Shown here: in pieces, positions 12,250-25,700 of the stretch
Position numbering within the stretch: position 1 is the stretch's first letter
Layout: each line of letters begins with the position of its first letter
DNA from: Haliotis rubra
Taxonomy: Eukaryota
Direction of reading: 5' to 3'
Assembly (NCBI RefSeq): GCF_003918875.1
Contig: NW_025765586.1
Location: 1 to 64,000, forward strand
Length of the DNA stretch: 64,000 nt
Notes under the pieces: generated by a model
Seen by the model: the letters and a program-made list of their open reading frames with translations, nothing else
Databases searched by the model: none
Told to the model about the DNA's origin: nothing
Position numbers and translations under genes: made by a program

Positions 12250-15200
12250 ATGGAATGGTTGGCACTGTTCGTGTGTCTACTATCAAGTGTAACATGTGAT
12301 TACACAGTGTCCATTTATCCTGAAATTCTCAAGATTGGGGCCGTTACTCATTTCAACCACGGGCGATGGAATGGTAAGAATGGACTGGATTCGCCGGCAA
12401 GTATTGCTCATGTTAAGGAGGTTGGAGCGACGGCAGCTCGATGGTTGAACAGAGATATGGCAGGGGGACTATTTGAGAAGGTAGGACATTGATGTACTGG
12501 ATAAGCACATGGTAGCGGTATGGATGTATCTGATAGCAGATGGTAGTGATATAATTATCATTTGTGTACATTTAACTGATCAACATTGAGGTTTTAGATA
12601 TGTGGGTTCTAAGTGAACGCTCTACTGCAGGGAGTATAATTTGAAACAAATGTCAACTTTATTCGCATATTTCTCAAAACGTGTTATGTCTTCTTCATAT
12701 ATACTTTTAAACAAGTAGGGATATTCAATGAAAGGTGTCACAACTATTGATATTTTATATCATTAATGAGATAAATAGTTTAACAGTGTAACGGGAACAT
12801 CTGACTTAGATTTGCATCAGTCGTTGATTGTAAAACAAGTCCAAAGTAAACTTTTGAAAACGAAAGAAGTTCACAACACGTTGGGAATGCAATAAATATA
12901 TTCTAAATCCATATACAACCATACACCATGGATCTCAAGTAATATTACCTCAAAACTGAATATCATTTATTTCATATTTTAGTTGTTGAAGTTTGAAATG
13001 TTCACATTTCGCGTGCACGCACGCACGCACATTCACATAACAGTTGCATCTAGTAGTTAGTCAGTAGAGTTTTATACTGCCTGTTACAATATTACAGGAT
13101 TATGACGAAATTGATTCTGTGAGGAATGTTTGTCCTCGCACAGGATATGGCGTGGTCGACTGAATGCACATTTTATGACGACGTCCTAACATGATGACCA
13201 GTGAAGTAATAATTGCACATCTATCGAACTGAACCCACGCCAACTTCTTCCTTTATACTCTCGAGTTATGAGGCTATCTATTTTCTTGACTCCACCTAAC
13301 ACTGAACATTCAGCAAAGACATATTATTACAAGTCGTTTTTAGATGTGAATATATAATAATAATAATAAATGTGAACTTATAATGCGCCTTTTCCATGCA
13401 CAAGGCCCATGCTCAAAGCGCTAACAAAGTGTGTGGATAATATACATATATACAATGAGGGACTAGTAGCTAGTCATAATGCAGTGAAAAGAGATGAGTC
13501 TTGAGCAGTCGTTTGAAGGAATGAAAGTCAACTGCTAATTTAATGGTGATAGGGAGAGAGTTCCAGAGTAGAGGGGCAGAGCAGGCAAAGGATTTCCTTC
13601 CAAAAGTTTGCAGTTTGAACAGAAGCACAGAGAGTAGGTTCAGATTCTGGTTCAGATGTGAAGAGGTAACTATGACTAACACTGTATTCCATTTCATGGC
13701 AGGCATCTGAAAACCCCAACAAGAAGGGCTACCCTGACCCCAAGTACTTTCAGGCCCATCAACAGGAAATCTGCACCAAATACTTGGATAATATGAATGG
13801 ATATCACAATCCTGAAGTTGTCATGGAAATAAAGGGTAATTCAGTTTTAACCTTGGTGTGAATGAAAGGTTTCATGTCTGAAATGTGTTCATGAGAGAGG
13901 GAGAGGGAGAGGGAGAGGGAGAGGGAGAGGGAGAGGGAAATTGAGAGGCAGAGGGGACTACTATACAATTATTGACTTCTAGTGAGGTTGATGAGAGGCG
14001 AAGCCGAGGTGAATATCACACGTCCAAGGTCGATAAATCATTGGATCAACCGAACTGAAGTCAATAATTGTTTTATTATAAGACGAAAGTACTGAATACC
14101 TGTTTTTCTGTGACACAGTCATGAATCTTCGTGGTGTTACGTTGTCTGCCATTTTGATACAGACGGGATGTAACTCTAAACCAACACAGTCACAGGGACG
14201 AAGCGATGCCTCTCGCTTCCTTATCTACATAATGCACGCAGTGCGGAGTTCACAGCTGGAATATCCCAACTCTATTTTAGGCACGGGAGGTGCTTCGATT
14301 GTTAAATCAACCTTCTCGTAACGTGACGAGGTTGACATCGCTTAGCGTCAAAGCTGTGATGTAACCAAGTGGGCCAATCAGAAGGGCGGAAATCTACCTG
14401 TCATATAATAAATACAGTTGTACTACGTCAATATTTGCCATTGTTACCCACCTGGTTTGTATCCAGGTATCACTTGGCCTCACTGGATGGACACCTCTGA
14501 CCACCACGGATTCTTCCCAAACAACATCGATGCTGCTGCTGAGTTCGTCTTCCTGCTGGTCGATGCAGTCAACAAAGGAACCAAAGGACAATCACCTATG
14601 TTCTTTGAAGTCATAAATGAACCAGGGAGCCAATGGCGGAACACGAACTGGACAACCTTTATCATATTTCATCAGGCTGTTGCTCAGAAAATTAAGGCAA
14701 AATACCCCCATATGAAAATCGGAGGTCCAACATTAACTGGAGCTTCTGCATATTTTGATCGTGAAGACTTCAAGATTTGGAACAAATCAGCAGATTTTTT
14801 GGACATGGCTCTGACCCATTTAGATTTTTTCTCATTTCATTCCTACACAACTATGGATGTAAGTGGAGGGACGCATCATTTCCATAGAAACTCTGAGGCC
14901 AAGATATTTGGTCTTCTGGATCTAGTTGAGAGCTACTCTCATAAGAAGAAAGGTTCTCAGTTCAATGTCATTGTGAGTGAATTTGGTCTTGGGCCATTAA
15001 CAGGAATTGATGAACAGAAACCATCCACCCTTGTTGACTGGGCATACATTTATCAACACAATGCCCAGATATTCACCTTTTCTACAGCGACGGGATGTCA
15101 TGAGAAAAGTGGTAGCTTTCTTGCTCACATATACTGATCGTAAAGGGCAAGCAAGTATTAACTATAGCATTCTGGACAAGACCCACAAAGAGAGGGACAT

Positions 15201-15930
15201 TGCCCAAGCTTTCAGGTTCTGGAAGAACTTCTATGACACAATGACGTACTTGCGAGTAGACACTCAGTTCCATAACTCCGAGAGAAAGATTGTACCTCAC
15301 GTTTTAGTTGATCAACGGAACGGCAGCCTCACCATTCTTCTACATAACTATGACCAAAAGCCAAATCATGTAAAGCTCTCTTTCGACAAGGGTTGGTTCC
15401 ATCCGACAAGTGGAAAGTCCACCTGTGAATATCTGAATGCACAGAAGAAAGGAACGCTGGCAACAAACCAGCCAGTTCACGTCTCCAACTCCATGGTAAC
15501 CGTTCCTGCTGAAGCCAGTTGTTACTTCCAGTTCCACACAAGCCACAACTTTGCCCATGCTCCTACTGTGACCCAGAATACCTACTACTCCACCGACATG
15601 GTTGTCCCCATTCACAACACCGTCGTTGATGTTAAAGTTAACGTCCCGAACATTGGCAACCTTGACTTTGTTCGTCTGAGGGTTAGTGTTAGTTTCAGCA
15701 TGAAGTCTCCCAATCAGAAACTCAAGACAGTGGTTGTAAACTCTCACACCTTAACGTCCTTCTACGGCCTGCAGACCCACAATGGCCCGGATGAGGCTAC
15801 AGTCTGGGATGTCTTTGAGTACAACGTCCCCAACAACCTGCTACACCAACACAATAACGACGTCAAACTTAGCTTCTCTGAGACCGGGGGTTATGTATCA
15901 ACTGTGGCAGTGATCGTCGGAAGTCACTGA
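12250..15930 (+). CDS. GH86-like beta-porphyranase/agarase copy C (exons 12250-12480, 13703-13835, 14467-15930; single +1 T at ~15080)
   Basis: Exons of 231, 133 and 1464 bp with GT-AG boundaries and compatible phases (0, then 1). ORFs 14418-15137 and 15007-15930 join if one T is removed from a T run. NEP and SEFG motifs; AATAAA at 15962. Confidence 0.85.
13351..13653 (-). mobile_element. L2/CR1-type LINE 3' fragment in intron 1 of copy C
   Basis: TFGRKSFACSAPLLWNSLP...SFKRLLKTHLF; (TTA)n tail; TSD AGATGTGAA; absent from the equivalent site in copies D and G. Confidence 0.85.
13958..14412. repeat. Unclassified interspersed repeat in intron 2 of copy C (also 21057-21478 in copy D)
   Basis: Local inverted repeat ACAATTATTGACTTC...GAAGTCAATAATTGT with a CCAATCAG end motif; looks like a non-autonomous DNA element. 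Confidence 0.4.
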
Positions 15931-16014
15931 TGGTGATTAGTGTACTGAATCCCAATAACTGAATAAATTCGGTTACAACATAGAAGTTGCACTTTACTTT
16001 ATCTCAGTGTGATG

Positions 16015-16238
16015 GACCCGTGAAGATCCAGGTTAGAATATTGATCTTCAGTAACCCTTGCTTGTCGTAAGAGGCGACTAACGGATCGGGTGGTCAGGCT
16101 TGCTGACTTGTTTGCCACATGTCATCGGTTCCCAATTGCGCAGATCGATGCTCATGCTGTTGATGACTGGATTGTCTGGTCCAGACTCGATTATTTACAG
16201 ACCGCCGCCATATAGCTGGAATATTGCTGAGTGCGGCA
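16015..16238 (+). mobile_element. SINE-like element (family B)
   Basis: GACCCGTGAAGATCC...TTGTCGTAAGAGGCGACTAA...GCTGGAATATTGCTGAGTGCGGC; more than 10 copies in the window. Confidence 0.85.
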
Positions 16239-16693
16239 ACACATGAAATGCATGCACTTTTAAAGAAAATCTATCTTACAATAATCATAACCGTTTCTTT
16301 TATCGAAAGAGTTTCTGTTTTCCTTGTGTCGCCAGGGTCAAAATTGTCAGAAAGATGGGGTGAAATGGCCCTCTTACAATGGCTAGCGTATCTAGAAAGA
16401 TGTTCCGACAAAACACATTTTGATTATGATTAATGCCAAAGTACAGCTGACCATCAATTCACATTCAGGTGAATATTACAATGTTTATTATATAATATCA
16501 TAACTTAAACCTCCCAAAATTGCATTTGAATCCACCAATTCGTTCAAGAAGTCGAAAATGTAAACCAGTTGTGGGCGACGACAACGAATGCTATGCAGAA
16601 GCCGACGACCTCCGACGACATAAGCTGCGACAGAAATATCATGGGAATTGTTCTTACCCTATCCGTCTTAACATAGGGTTTTATGTAGACTTT

Positions 16694-16850
16694 GGGCAAT
16701 GGGGTAGCCTAGTGGTTAAACAGTTTGTTTGTCACGCCGAAGACCCGGGCTCAATTCCCCACATGGGTACAATATGTGAAGCCTATTTCTGGTGTCCCCC
16801 GTCGTGATATTGGCCGAATATTGCTAAAAGCGGCATAAAGGTATACTCTC
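16694..16850 (+). mobile_element. tRNA-derived SINE (family A), diverged
   Basis: Matches the family A consensus. Confidence 0.8.
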
Positions 16851-19498
16851 ATTTGGATAGCTTTCAGAAATTTATCTGCAGGATTAGCCCGGCTGATTTA
16901 GAAGATTCCAGTCCTCTCTTGTCGCCCAAAGCAAAACTCACTCACTCATTTAGACACATATTACGCCCACTATCTATAAAGCAAACACATCTATTCCCAC
17001 TAAGCTGCCAACGTGGAATATCATGACACTATATAACTTGTGAGAACACATCTTCCAAATACAATCACCTTGTTAAAACCTACAATGAATCGACTGTGGA
17101 ATCAACAACATTCAGTCTTATTTTATCATGTATAATTGTGCATGGTCACGCCTTAAAGGACAAGTTAACCAATTTTGGCAAATACTGATTTTGCCATAAT
17201 GGATAATTATGTAGCATCAATATCACTTTTATTCCACATAATCCTTGATTACAGTGCTCCTGTTAAAAAGCTAACCTTTTTTACATCGCCTCTGAAAGTA
17301 TGTTTCAAAGGGTTAGTGCTACTTGTGCAATGTGATTCGGATTATTCATTGACAAAGTAGCATTTCTAATCAATTTAATCGATATGCACCCGAGATAAAT
17401 TTTCATGATAAAGATCACTTGGCTTTTAGCAGAAATTTCTCTAGATACCTTTAGAACTTAACTGACAATACACACTACAAAAGGTGTGAGTGTTATTATC
17501 TGCCTATAACGTTGAATATAGTATATAGATATATAATATAGTGAAGACGTAAAGCCCAGAGTTATAATAATAATAATGGCCATTTATAAAGCCCCTGTTT
17601 CCACACACTTGGATAACTCAAGCTGCTTGTGAGGCTCTAAAAGAATATGGTCACATGTATGACACCGGGTACCTATTTTCTGCTGAGTGAACAAAGGTAG
17701 TTTTGAACAAACTCACTTGCCTTAGGTCCTAGAAACGCTCAGGAGTCAAGCTCCGTCACGGTCGCCAACACGGTCACCCACCAATGGACTCCCTGAGAAG
17801 TGAGGGAGTGAGTTTATTTTTACGCCGCACTCAGCAATATTCCAGCTTTATGGCGGACTCTCCGAGAAGACAGTACCTACCCAGGTAACTCCTACAATGG
17901 TATGTACAATGACATCAGCAGTTTTACAAGAAAGAATGTCAGTATTATCTTATCATGTATAATTTTGCATGGTCACTCCTTAAGGGTCGAGTTGACCAAA
18001 CATAGCAGCTTTAATACGTCAGGACATATTCAATCACAAATAGAATGTGAATGGGTGTGAAAACCGACATCCGCCATTGAAGGATTATCCTTAAACGATT
18101 TAAACGGTTCTTTGTGTTTGACATGCTGCGAAGTTCCAAGGCACCCAGTTTGAATATTGTTTATTAGGAGTCTTCCTACTTTTCAGATACAAATTCACCC
18201 GAGCATGGTGATTAGTGGAGTGAGTTAATATTTAACGCCAAATCGGCAATGTTTCAGCCATATCGTGACGAGAACAAATCTGACGTTGATAAAGAATGTG
18301 TGGATTGGTGGGGGAATCAAGGGAACATGTCACGAACTATTTGGTGAAGACGTTCACCACAGATTCTATACGCAAAGGAATTCAGTGTGAAACCAAGAAC
18401 GTGTGTACAAAACCAATTACATAAACGTGGTAGTATCCCGTTTTTGAAAGCGTTGTGGTCACTGATCCGTTAAGGTGTAACATTTCCTGAACACTAATAT
18501 GATGAACACTTGGGGATGATAATAGTTATAACACTTTGTACCAACTTGGTTTGGAATACATGACATGTGACATGGCGTTATAGCGTCATATCTTTTGACT
18601 GTGGCAGTGTTGCTCAGTGATTGGTCACTTTGAAGTGATTGACTTTCAAGAATAAACAGTTTTAGTTTTAGTCTTTTTTGTTTTAGTCTTAGTTTTTAGT
18701 CGTATCCGAAGCTTCTGTTACAGTAGCTCCTACAATCACTGGCTAATCAGGGATTAATTAACATGTGCGAGCCGAGGACTGTCAAAATTGGGCCGACCGG
18801 TAAGCTCACTGTCCAAATTAGGACAACTGGCTAGATCAATTACAGAAGTGTGAAATTTCACTGCCAAATTTGGACTGTCAAAATCGGGACTAAACCCTTA
18901 AACGCTACAAATGAACACAAGTAACATGCATATGTTGATCACAAGAGAATAGTTGCACTGGATTCAATGGCATTACAATATCAATGACAGTATAAATATG
19001 ATAGCTGGGTTATAAGCAATACCGTCACATAGTTGACCAAGCACCAAGGCGACGGTCCCGTACAACGATGTGCTATGATTCGCTCAACATCCTTCCTAGC
19101 TTAAACGAACAAGATGGGGATTATACCTTAAAATCTGCTGGACAAGTTAGAACTCACCGTTTATAGTACCAATGAGGACGTTAGTAATGAAATTGACGAA
19201 AAACAAATGTATAAAGTCTGCGATTTTCGTTTTAGCCTTTTGGTACAAAGATTCATTCCAGTGGCATCACAGTTTTCATCGATGTCCTCACAAATTACAC
19301 TCATGAGGATTGCAGGCTGAATATTTCTTTGCACCAAGGCCAAATCGAAAAAAGTTAAATATTTCAAGTGTTTCTTTTGTGTTCAAAATGAAGATCTCTC
19401 TATCAACTTATTTATACTATACGCTTACAGTTATCTGTAGGAATAATTTAAATTACTTGACATACTTGACATACAGTGACTTTTCAAATTTCTATACG

Positions 19499-19640
19499 AG
19501 TGAGTGATTGAGATTAGTTTTATATTCCGGCTATATGGCGGCGGTCTGTATGTACTCGCGTCTGGATCAGACAATCCAGTGATCAACAGCATGAGCATCG
19601 ATCTGCGCAATTGGGAACCCATTACATGTGTCAACCAAGA
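19499..19640 (-). mobile_element. SINE family B, partial, directly upstream of the copy D promoter
   Basis: Reverse complement of the family B 3' half. Confidence 0.8.
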
Positions 19641-19687
19641 CAGCGACCATGACGTCTTATTAATGTGATACTGTCTATATTTGTAAT

Positions 19688-19740
19688 GGGGATTGTGCAG
19701 CTGATAAGATAGCAACATTCTTTCCAACGAATGTATATAA
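19688..19740 (+). promoter_or_regulatory. Conserved proximal promoter of copy D
   Basis: TGATAAGATAG at 19702-19712, TATATAA at 19734-19740. Confidence 0.65.
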
Positions 19741-19805
19741 GAGGTCCTGTCAGCTGATTGGCACAGGATTCCACCGCTATACCAGTTAACGTGAAAGCAG
19801 TAGAA

Positions 19806-22800
19806 ATGAAATGGTTGACACTTTTCGTGTGTATTCTATCAAGCGCAACATGTGATTACACTGTGTCCATTTATCCTGAAATTCTCAAGATTGGGGCCGT
19901 TACTCATTTCAACCATGGGCGATGGAATGGTAAGAATGGACTGGACACACCGGCAAGTATTGCTCATGTTACGGAGGTTGGAGCGACGGCAGCCCGATGG
20001 TTGAACAGAGATATGGCAGGGGGACTATTTGAGAAGGTAGGACGTATGGATGAATCTGATAGCAGATGGTAGTGATATAATTATCATTTCCTGTACAATT
20101 AACTGATCAACATTGTGGTTTTTTAGATATGTGGGTTCTAAGTGAACGCTCTAATGCCGGGAGTATAATTTGAAAGAAATGTCAACTTTATTCGCATATT
20201 TCTCAAAATGTGTTTTGCCTTTATGCCCTCTTCATATGTACTTTTAAACAAGTAGGGATATTCAATGAAAGGTGTCACAACTATTGATATTTTATATCAT
20301 TAATGAGATAAATAGTTTAACATTGTAACGGGAACACCTGCATCACTCGTTGATTGTCAAACAAGTCCAAAGTAAACTTTTAATAACGAAAGAAGTTCAC
20401 AACACATTGGGAATGCATGGATCTCTAGTAATATTACCTCAAAACTGAATATCATTTATTTTATATTTTTGTTGTTGAAGTTTGAAATGTTCACACGCAC
20501 GCACGCACGCGCACGCACATTCACATAACAGTTGCATCTAGTAGTTAGTCAGTAGAGTTTTATACTGTCTGTTACAATATTACAGAAGTATGACGAAAAT
20601 TGATTCTGTGAGGAATGTTTGTGAGATATGGCGTGGTCGACTGAATGCACATTTTATGACGATGTCCTAACACGATGACCAGTGAAGTAATAACTGCACA
20701 TCTATCAAACTGAACCCACGCCAACTTCTTCCTTGATACTCTCGACTTATGAGGCTATCTATTCCCTGACTCCACCTAACACTGACCATTCAGTTTTTAG
20801 ATGTGAAGAGGTAACTATGACTAACACTGTATTCCATTTCATGGCAGGCATCTGAAAACCCCAACAAGAAGGGCTACCCTGACCCCAAGTACTTTCAGGC
20901 CCATCAACAGGAAATCTGCACCAAATACTTGGATAATATGAATGGATATCACAATCCTGAAGTTGTCATGGAAATAAAGGGTAATTCAGTTTTAACCTTG
21001 GTGTGAATGAAAGGTTTCATGTCTGAAATGTGTTCATGAGTGAGGGAGAGGGAGCTACTATACAATTATTGAAGCCGAGGTGAATATCACGTGTCCAAGG
21101 TCGATAAATCATTGGATCAACCGAACTGAAGTCAATAATTGTTTTATTATAAGACAAAAGTCGTGAATACCTGTTTTTCTGTGACACAGTCATGAATCTT
21201 CGTGGTGTTATGTTGTCTGCCATTTTGATACAGATGGGATGTAACTCTAAACCAACACAGTCACAGGGACGAAGCGATCGCTTCCTTATCTAGCGTGACG
21301 CACTCAGTGCGGAGTTCCCAGCTGGATTATCCCAAGTCTACTTTAGCAACGGGATGTGCTTGGATTGTTAAATCAACCTCTCGGGACGAGGCGAGGTTGA
21401 CATCGCTTAGCGTCAAAGCTGTGATGTAACCAAGTGGGCCAATCAGAAGGGCGGAAATCTACCCGTCATAAAATAAATACAGTTGTACTACGTCAATATT
21501 TGCCATTGTTACCCACCTGGTTTGTATCCAGGTATCACATGGCCTCACTGGATGGACACCTCTGCCCACCACGGATTCTTCCCAAACAACATCGATGCTG
21601 CTGCTGAGTTCGTCTTTCTGCTGGTCTATGCAGTCAACAAAGGAACCAAAGGACAATCACCTATGTTCTTCGAAGTCATCAATGAACCAGGGAGCCAATG
21701 GCGGAACACGAACTGGACTTCCTTCATCATATTTCGTCAGGCTGTTGCTCAGAAAATTAAGGCAAAATACCCCAATATGAAGATCGGAGGTCCAACATTA
21801 ACTGGAGCTTCTGCATATTTTGATCGTGAAGACTTCAAGATTTTGGAACAAATCAACAGATTTTTTGGACATGGCTCTGACCCATTTAGATTTTCTCTTT
21901 TTCTCATTTCATTCCTACACAAGTATGGATGTAAGTGGAGGGACGCATCATTTCCATAGAAACTCTGAGGCCAAGATCTTTGGTCTTCTGGATTTAGTTG
22001 AGAGCTACTCTCATAAGAAGAAAGGTTCTCAGTTCAATGTCATTGTGAGTGAATTTGGTCTTGGGCCATTAACAGGAATTGATGAACAGAAGCCATCCAC
22101 CTTTCTTGACTGGGCGTACATTTATCAACACAATGCCCAGATATTCACCTTTCTACAACGTCGGGATGTCATGAGAAAAGTGGTAGCTTTCTTGCTCACA
22201 TATACTGAACTTAAAGGGCAAGCAAGCATCAACTACAGCATCCTAGAAGAGAGTCTAAGGGAGTGGATATTGCTCCAAGCTTTGTGGTTCTGGAAGAACT
22301 TCTATGACAATGACGTACTTGCGAGTAGACACTCAGTTCCATAACTCCGAGAGAAAGATTGTACCTCACGTTTTAGTTGATCAACGGAACGGCAGCCTCA
22401 CCATTCTTCTACATAACTACGACCAAAAGCCAAATCATGTAAAGCTCTCTTTCGACAAGGGTTGGTTCCATCCGACAAGTGGAAAGTCCACCTGTGAATA
22501 TCTGAATGCACAGAAGAAAGCAGCTCTAGCTACAAACCAGCCAGTTCACGTCTCCAACTCCATGGTAACCGTTCCTGCTGAAGCGAGTTGTTACTTCCAG
22601 TTCCACACAACCCACAGCTTTGCCCATGCTCCTACTGTGACCCAGAACACCTACTACTCCACCGACATTGTTGTCCCAATTCACAACACCGTCGTCGATG
22701 TTAACATTAACGTCCCGAACATTGGCAACCTTGACTTTGTTCGTCTGAGGGTAAGTGTCAGTTTCAGCATGAAGTCTCCCAATCAGAAACTCAAGACAGT

Positions 22801-23001
22801 GGTTGTAAACTCTCACACCTTAACGTCCTTCTACGGCCTGCAGACCCACAATGGCCCGGAATGAGGCTACAATCTGGGATGTCTTTGAGGTACAACGTCC
22901 CCAACAACCTGCTACACCAACACAATAACGACGTCAAACTTAGCTTCTCTGAGACTGGAGGTTATGTGTCAACTGTGGCAGTGATCGTTGGGAATCACTG
23001 A
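19806..23001 (+). CDS. GH86-like beta-porphyranase/agarase copy D (exons 19806-20036, 20848-20980, 21532-23001; several indels in exon 3)
   Basis: Close paralogue of copy C, including introns. Exon 3 is 1470 bp versus 1463 expected, with a garbled stretch at ~22245-22310. Ends VIVGNH-TGA. Confidence 0.75.
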
Positions 23002-25099
23002 CGATGTAAAGAAGCCCAATAACTAAATAAATCGAGCCAAAACAGCAGCATACTTACTTCAATTTGTCGGCACTCTGAACAACATGTTATATACAGTAAT
23101 TCTTAATTTCAAGTTTGTGCGCGCGTTTATGTGAATGTTAAAGAAAACGGCTGAAAAATTTCAGACTATGAAATGATGACAGGTGCCACTGATGGGACAG
23201 AATATGCTTAACAATTGACTTTTGCAAAACACCTGGTATCATCGTTAATAGGTGGGTATTGCAGTCAAAAATGTTCAGTATATTGTTTCCATTTTCTTTT
23301 CAACACAAATAATATTGCGATGCGGAAGCATATATTGCGATATGTATTGCATTATATTGCAAGACTTATTTTTAAACATAAAACAAGTTATAATCGAGTT
23401 AATGCTTGATTTATAATGCAAAAACACAACAAATTAACTATGCTTTATTAAGCTTTAACATCAACCTTTAATCACAACAAAATAAAAATGTAAATAATAA
23501 TGGGCACAAATGAAACAAGGAAATATCCGAAGATTTCCGAGTGTTACGAATTTTTCCGAATGCAAGTCGAAATACCGGTTTTTGATCAGCGTATCGCAAT
23601 ACGTATCGTTTTCATGTCTGAACCGGTAAATACCGGTAAACCGATTATCTTGCGCAGCCCTAATCGTTAATCAAAGAAACGTGCTCTGTCATCGAATCTC
23701 ATAATGCCAATCAATCCACTGTCTGGTCCATATTCACCTCCTGCAACAATGGTGAAGGCTGAGTATCCAGGGTGAGAATGATCTCCACACCATTGCTGGT
23801 CTTCTTGTAACTTGAGATGTAATGTGAGAGGCAGAATTAGTTCAACTTATATGCCAAAGAAAAAGAATATTCTCCAACACAAAGGGTCAGCAATTGCCCA
23901 TAGCGTTCAAGTGCTCGAGACGTCTTAATCATATGCAAAGGCTGGTCAGTTTTTCATCTGAACAAATCGGAAATCTATGGTACAAATCAAAACCAGGAAT
24001 TGCATCGGACATAATTTTTGTCATTGATGCATCAAATTTGGAAATGTCCTCAACATGTCTACCCTGAAACATTTTGAAAGCTATAGGCCTTAATGGCCTT
24101 GACAATGAGCAAGTGTGGCGCTCATTGATTTTGCACCGAAAACGATCTTCAAACTTGTGGATGTAGTCAGCTAAAGTCCAGAGTGACGTTATAGACAATT
24201 ACCAACACGCGATATACTAATACATATCCTCACATGTGCGTAAAATGAACCCACTGTCCTCTACTGAATCTTAAGCAAACAATCTTAAGCAATTACAACA
24301 ACACTCTCCACTTTAGAAGGAAGATGGTTTGAACACAGTGAGACTTTGACCTTGCCAATTAAACTCTCTTAGTAATAACAAACATTATACAATGTATATG
24401 AGAGATACATTTACAAAACAAAACAAAGCACGTTTGCAATTAAAATTAAACATATTCGAACATCTAGATAATGCATCAGTCGTTATGTTATCTTTGCTTA
24501 AGATATGCTTGATGTTCAAATCAAATTCGTGCTCCTTTACTGTCCATTGTATGCAGAAAAGTTAGAGGATTAAAATCAGTACACACTTGAACAACAAACA
24601 ACAGAACGGCAAATTGCTGCAAACTTAAATAATAAAACAGTGTGGCTACTTGACAGGACAGCTATCTCCCCAATGTCACCAGCATCTCTGAGAAAGGTTT
24701 GACAAAATTTAAGTCTTTGAGAAAAGAACTATACATGACAATGGCGTGAAACTGCTCTATCCCTTTTGCTCAATGAATTAATTTTTGTCAACAATTGAGT
24801 AAGGGTTTAAAGAAAGAGACCAGACATGTGCAGACTAGTTCTGGGAACTGAGGATTTTCAAATAACTTCCTCCTTTAACCAAAGAGCCTGTAACTGACGT
24901 TGGCCTATGACATGTCCTCTAACATGTGCCTTGATGTTCCACTAAATTTACTGTCAGCATGGTTTCAGTAAGACTCTTTAAGTCAAGTTACTGACTATTT
25001 ATTAGATTTCAATACATTAAACTTGGCACTAACCCATTTATACTTAAAAACAGCTGATTCAGCAGATTCCACAAAAACAGATTTTAATTGAATCGAGGG

Positions 25100-25700
25100 G
25101 ATATCCCAAATCACTCACAGTGTCGTGTTTCCAAATGCTTGGAACAGAAGTGTTATTTGCCCTCTCTCCAAATCTGGCCAAATGATGCCAACCACTACTT
25201 CATCTACTGATACCAGTGAAAGAGTGAGTTTCATTTTACGCCACACTGAGCAATATTCAGCTATATGGCGGCGGTCTGTAAATAAACGCGTCTGGACCAG
25301 ACAATCCAGAGATCAACAGCATGAGCATCGATCTATGCGATTGGGAACCGATGACATGTGTTAACCAAGTCAGCGAGCCTGACCAACCGATCCTGTTAGT
25401 CGCTCTTACGACAAGCATGGGTTACTGAAGATCAGTTCCAACCCGGATCTTCGCGGGTTCGACTGATACCATGTGTAGAATATGTACTTCCATTCGTAAC
25501 TCAGGACTGCCGATTTGTTTGTGATAAATATAGGATAATTAATGAACGACAAACAGACTTTAGACCGAACTGCTCAACTATTGGTAATATATTTAGCTAA
25601 CAATAATACAGAGACTAGTATATGCAGGCCAACAAGGGGAGACTTTACTGCCTCTTTGTCAATTTCTCAAAAGCACGTGACAGGATCAGTCATGATATCA
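25100..25700 (+). mobile_element. Decayed LINE reverse-transcriptase fragment interrupted by a family B SINE (25223-25460, minus strand)
   Basis: FPNAWNRSVICPLSKSG; NERQTDFRPNCSTIGNIF; LYCLFVNFSKARDRI. SINE TSD ACTGATACCA. Confidence 0.65.

Larger units (their letters stand above)
1..12530 (+). repeat. Segmental duplicate of ~29744-42540 (offset ~29.7-30.0 kb)
   Basis: Genes, introns, intergenic DNA and the same SINE/MITE insertions are shared, near-identical and in the same order. Confidence 0.9.

Noticed and set aside
14418-14466. N-termini MYYVNICHCYPPG and MPYVYWCYRYPPG in the ORF track
   Set aside because: Intronic sequence upstream of the CAG acceptor; the true N-terminus comes from exons 1 and 2.
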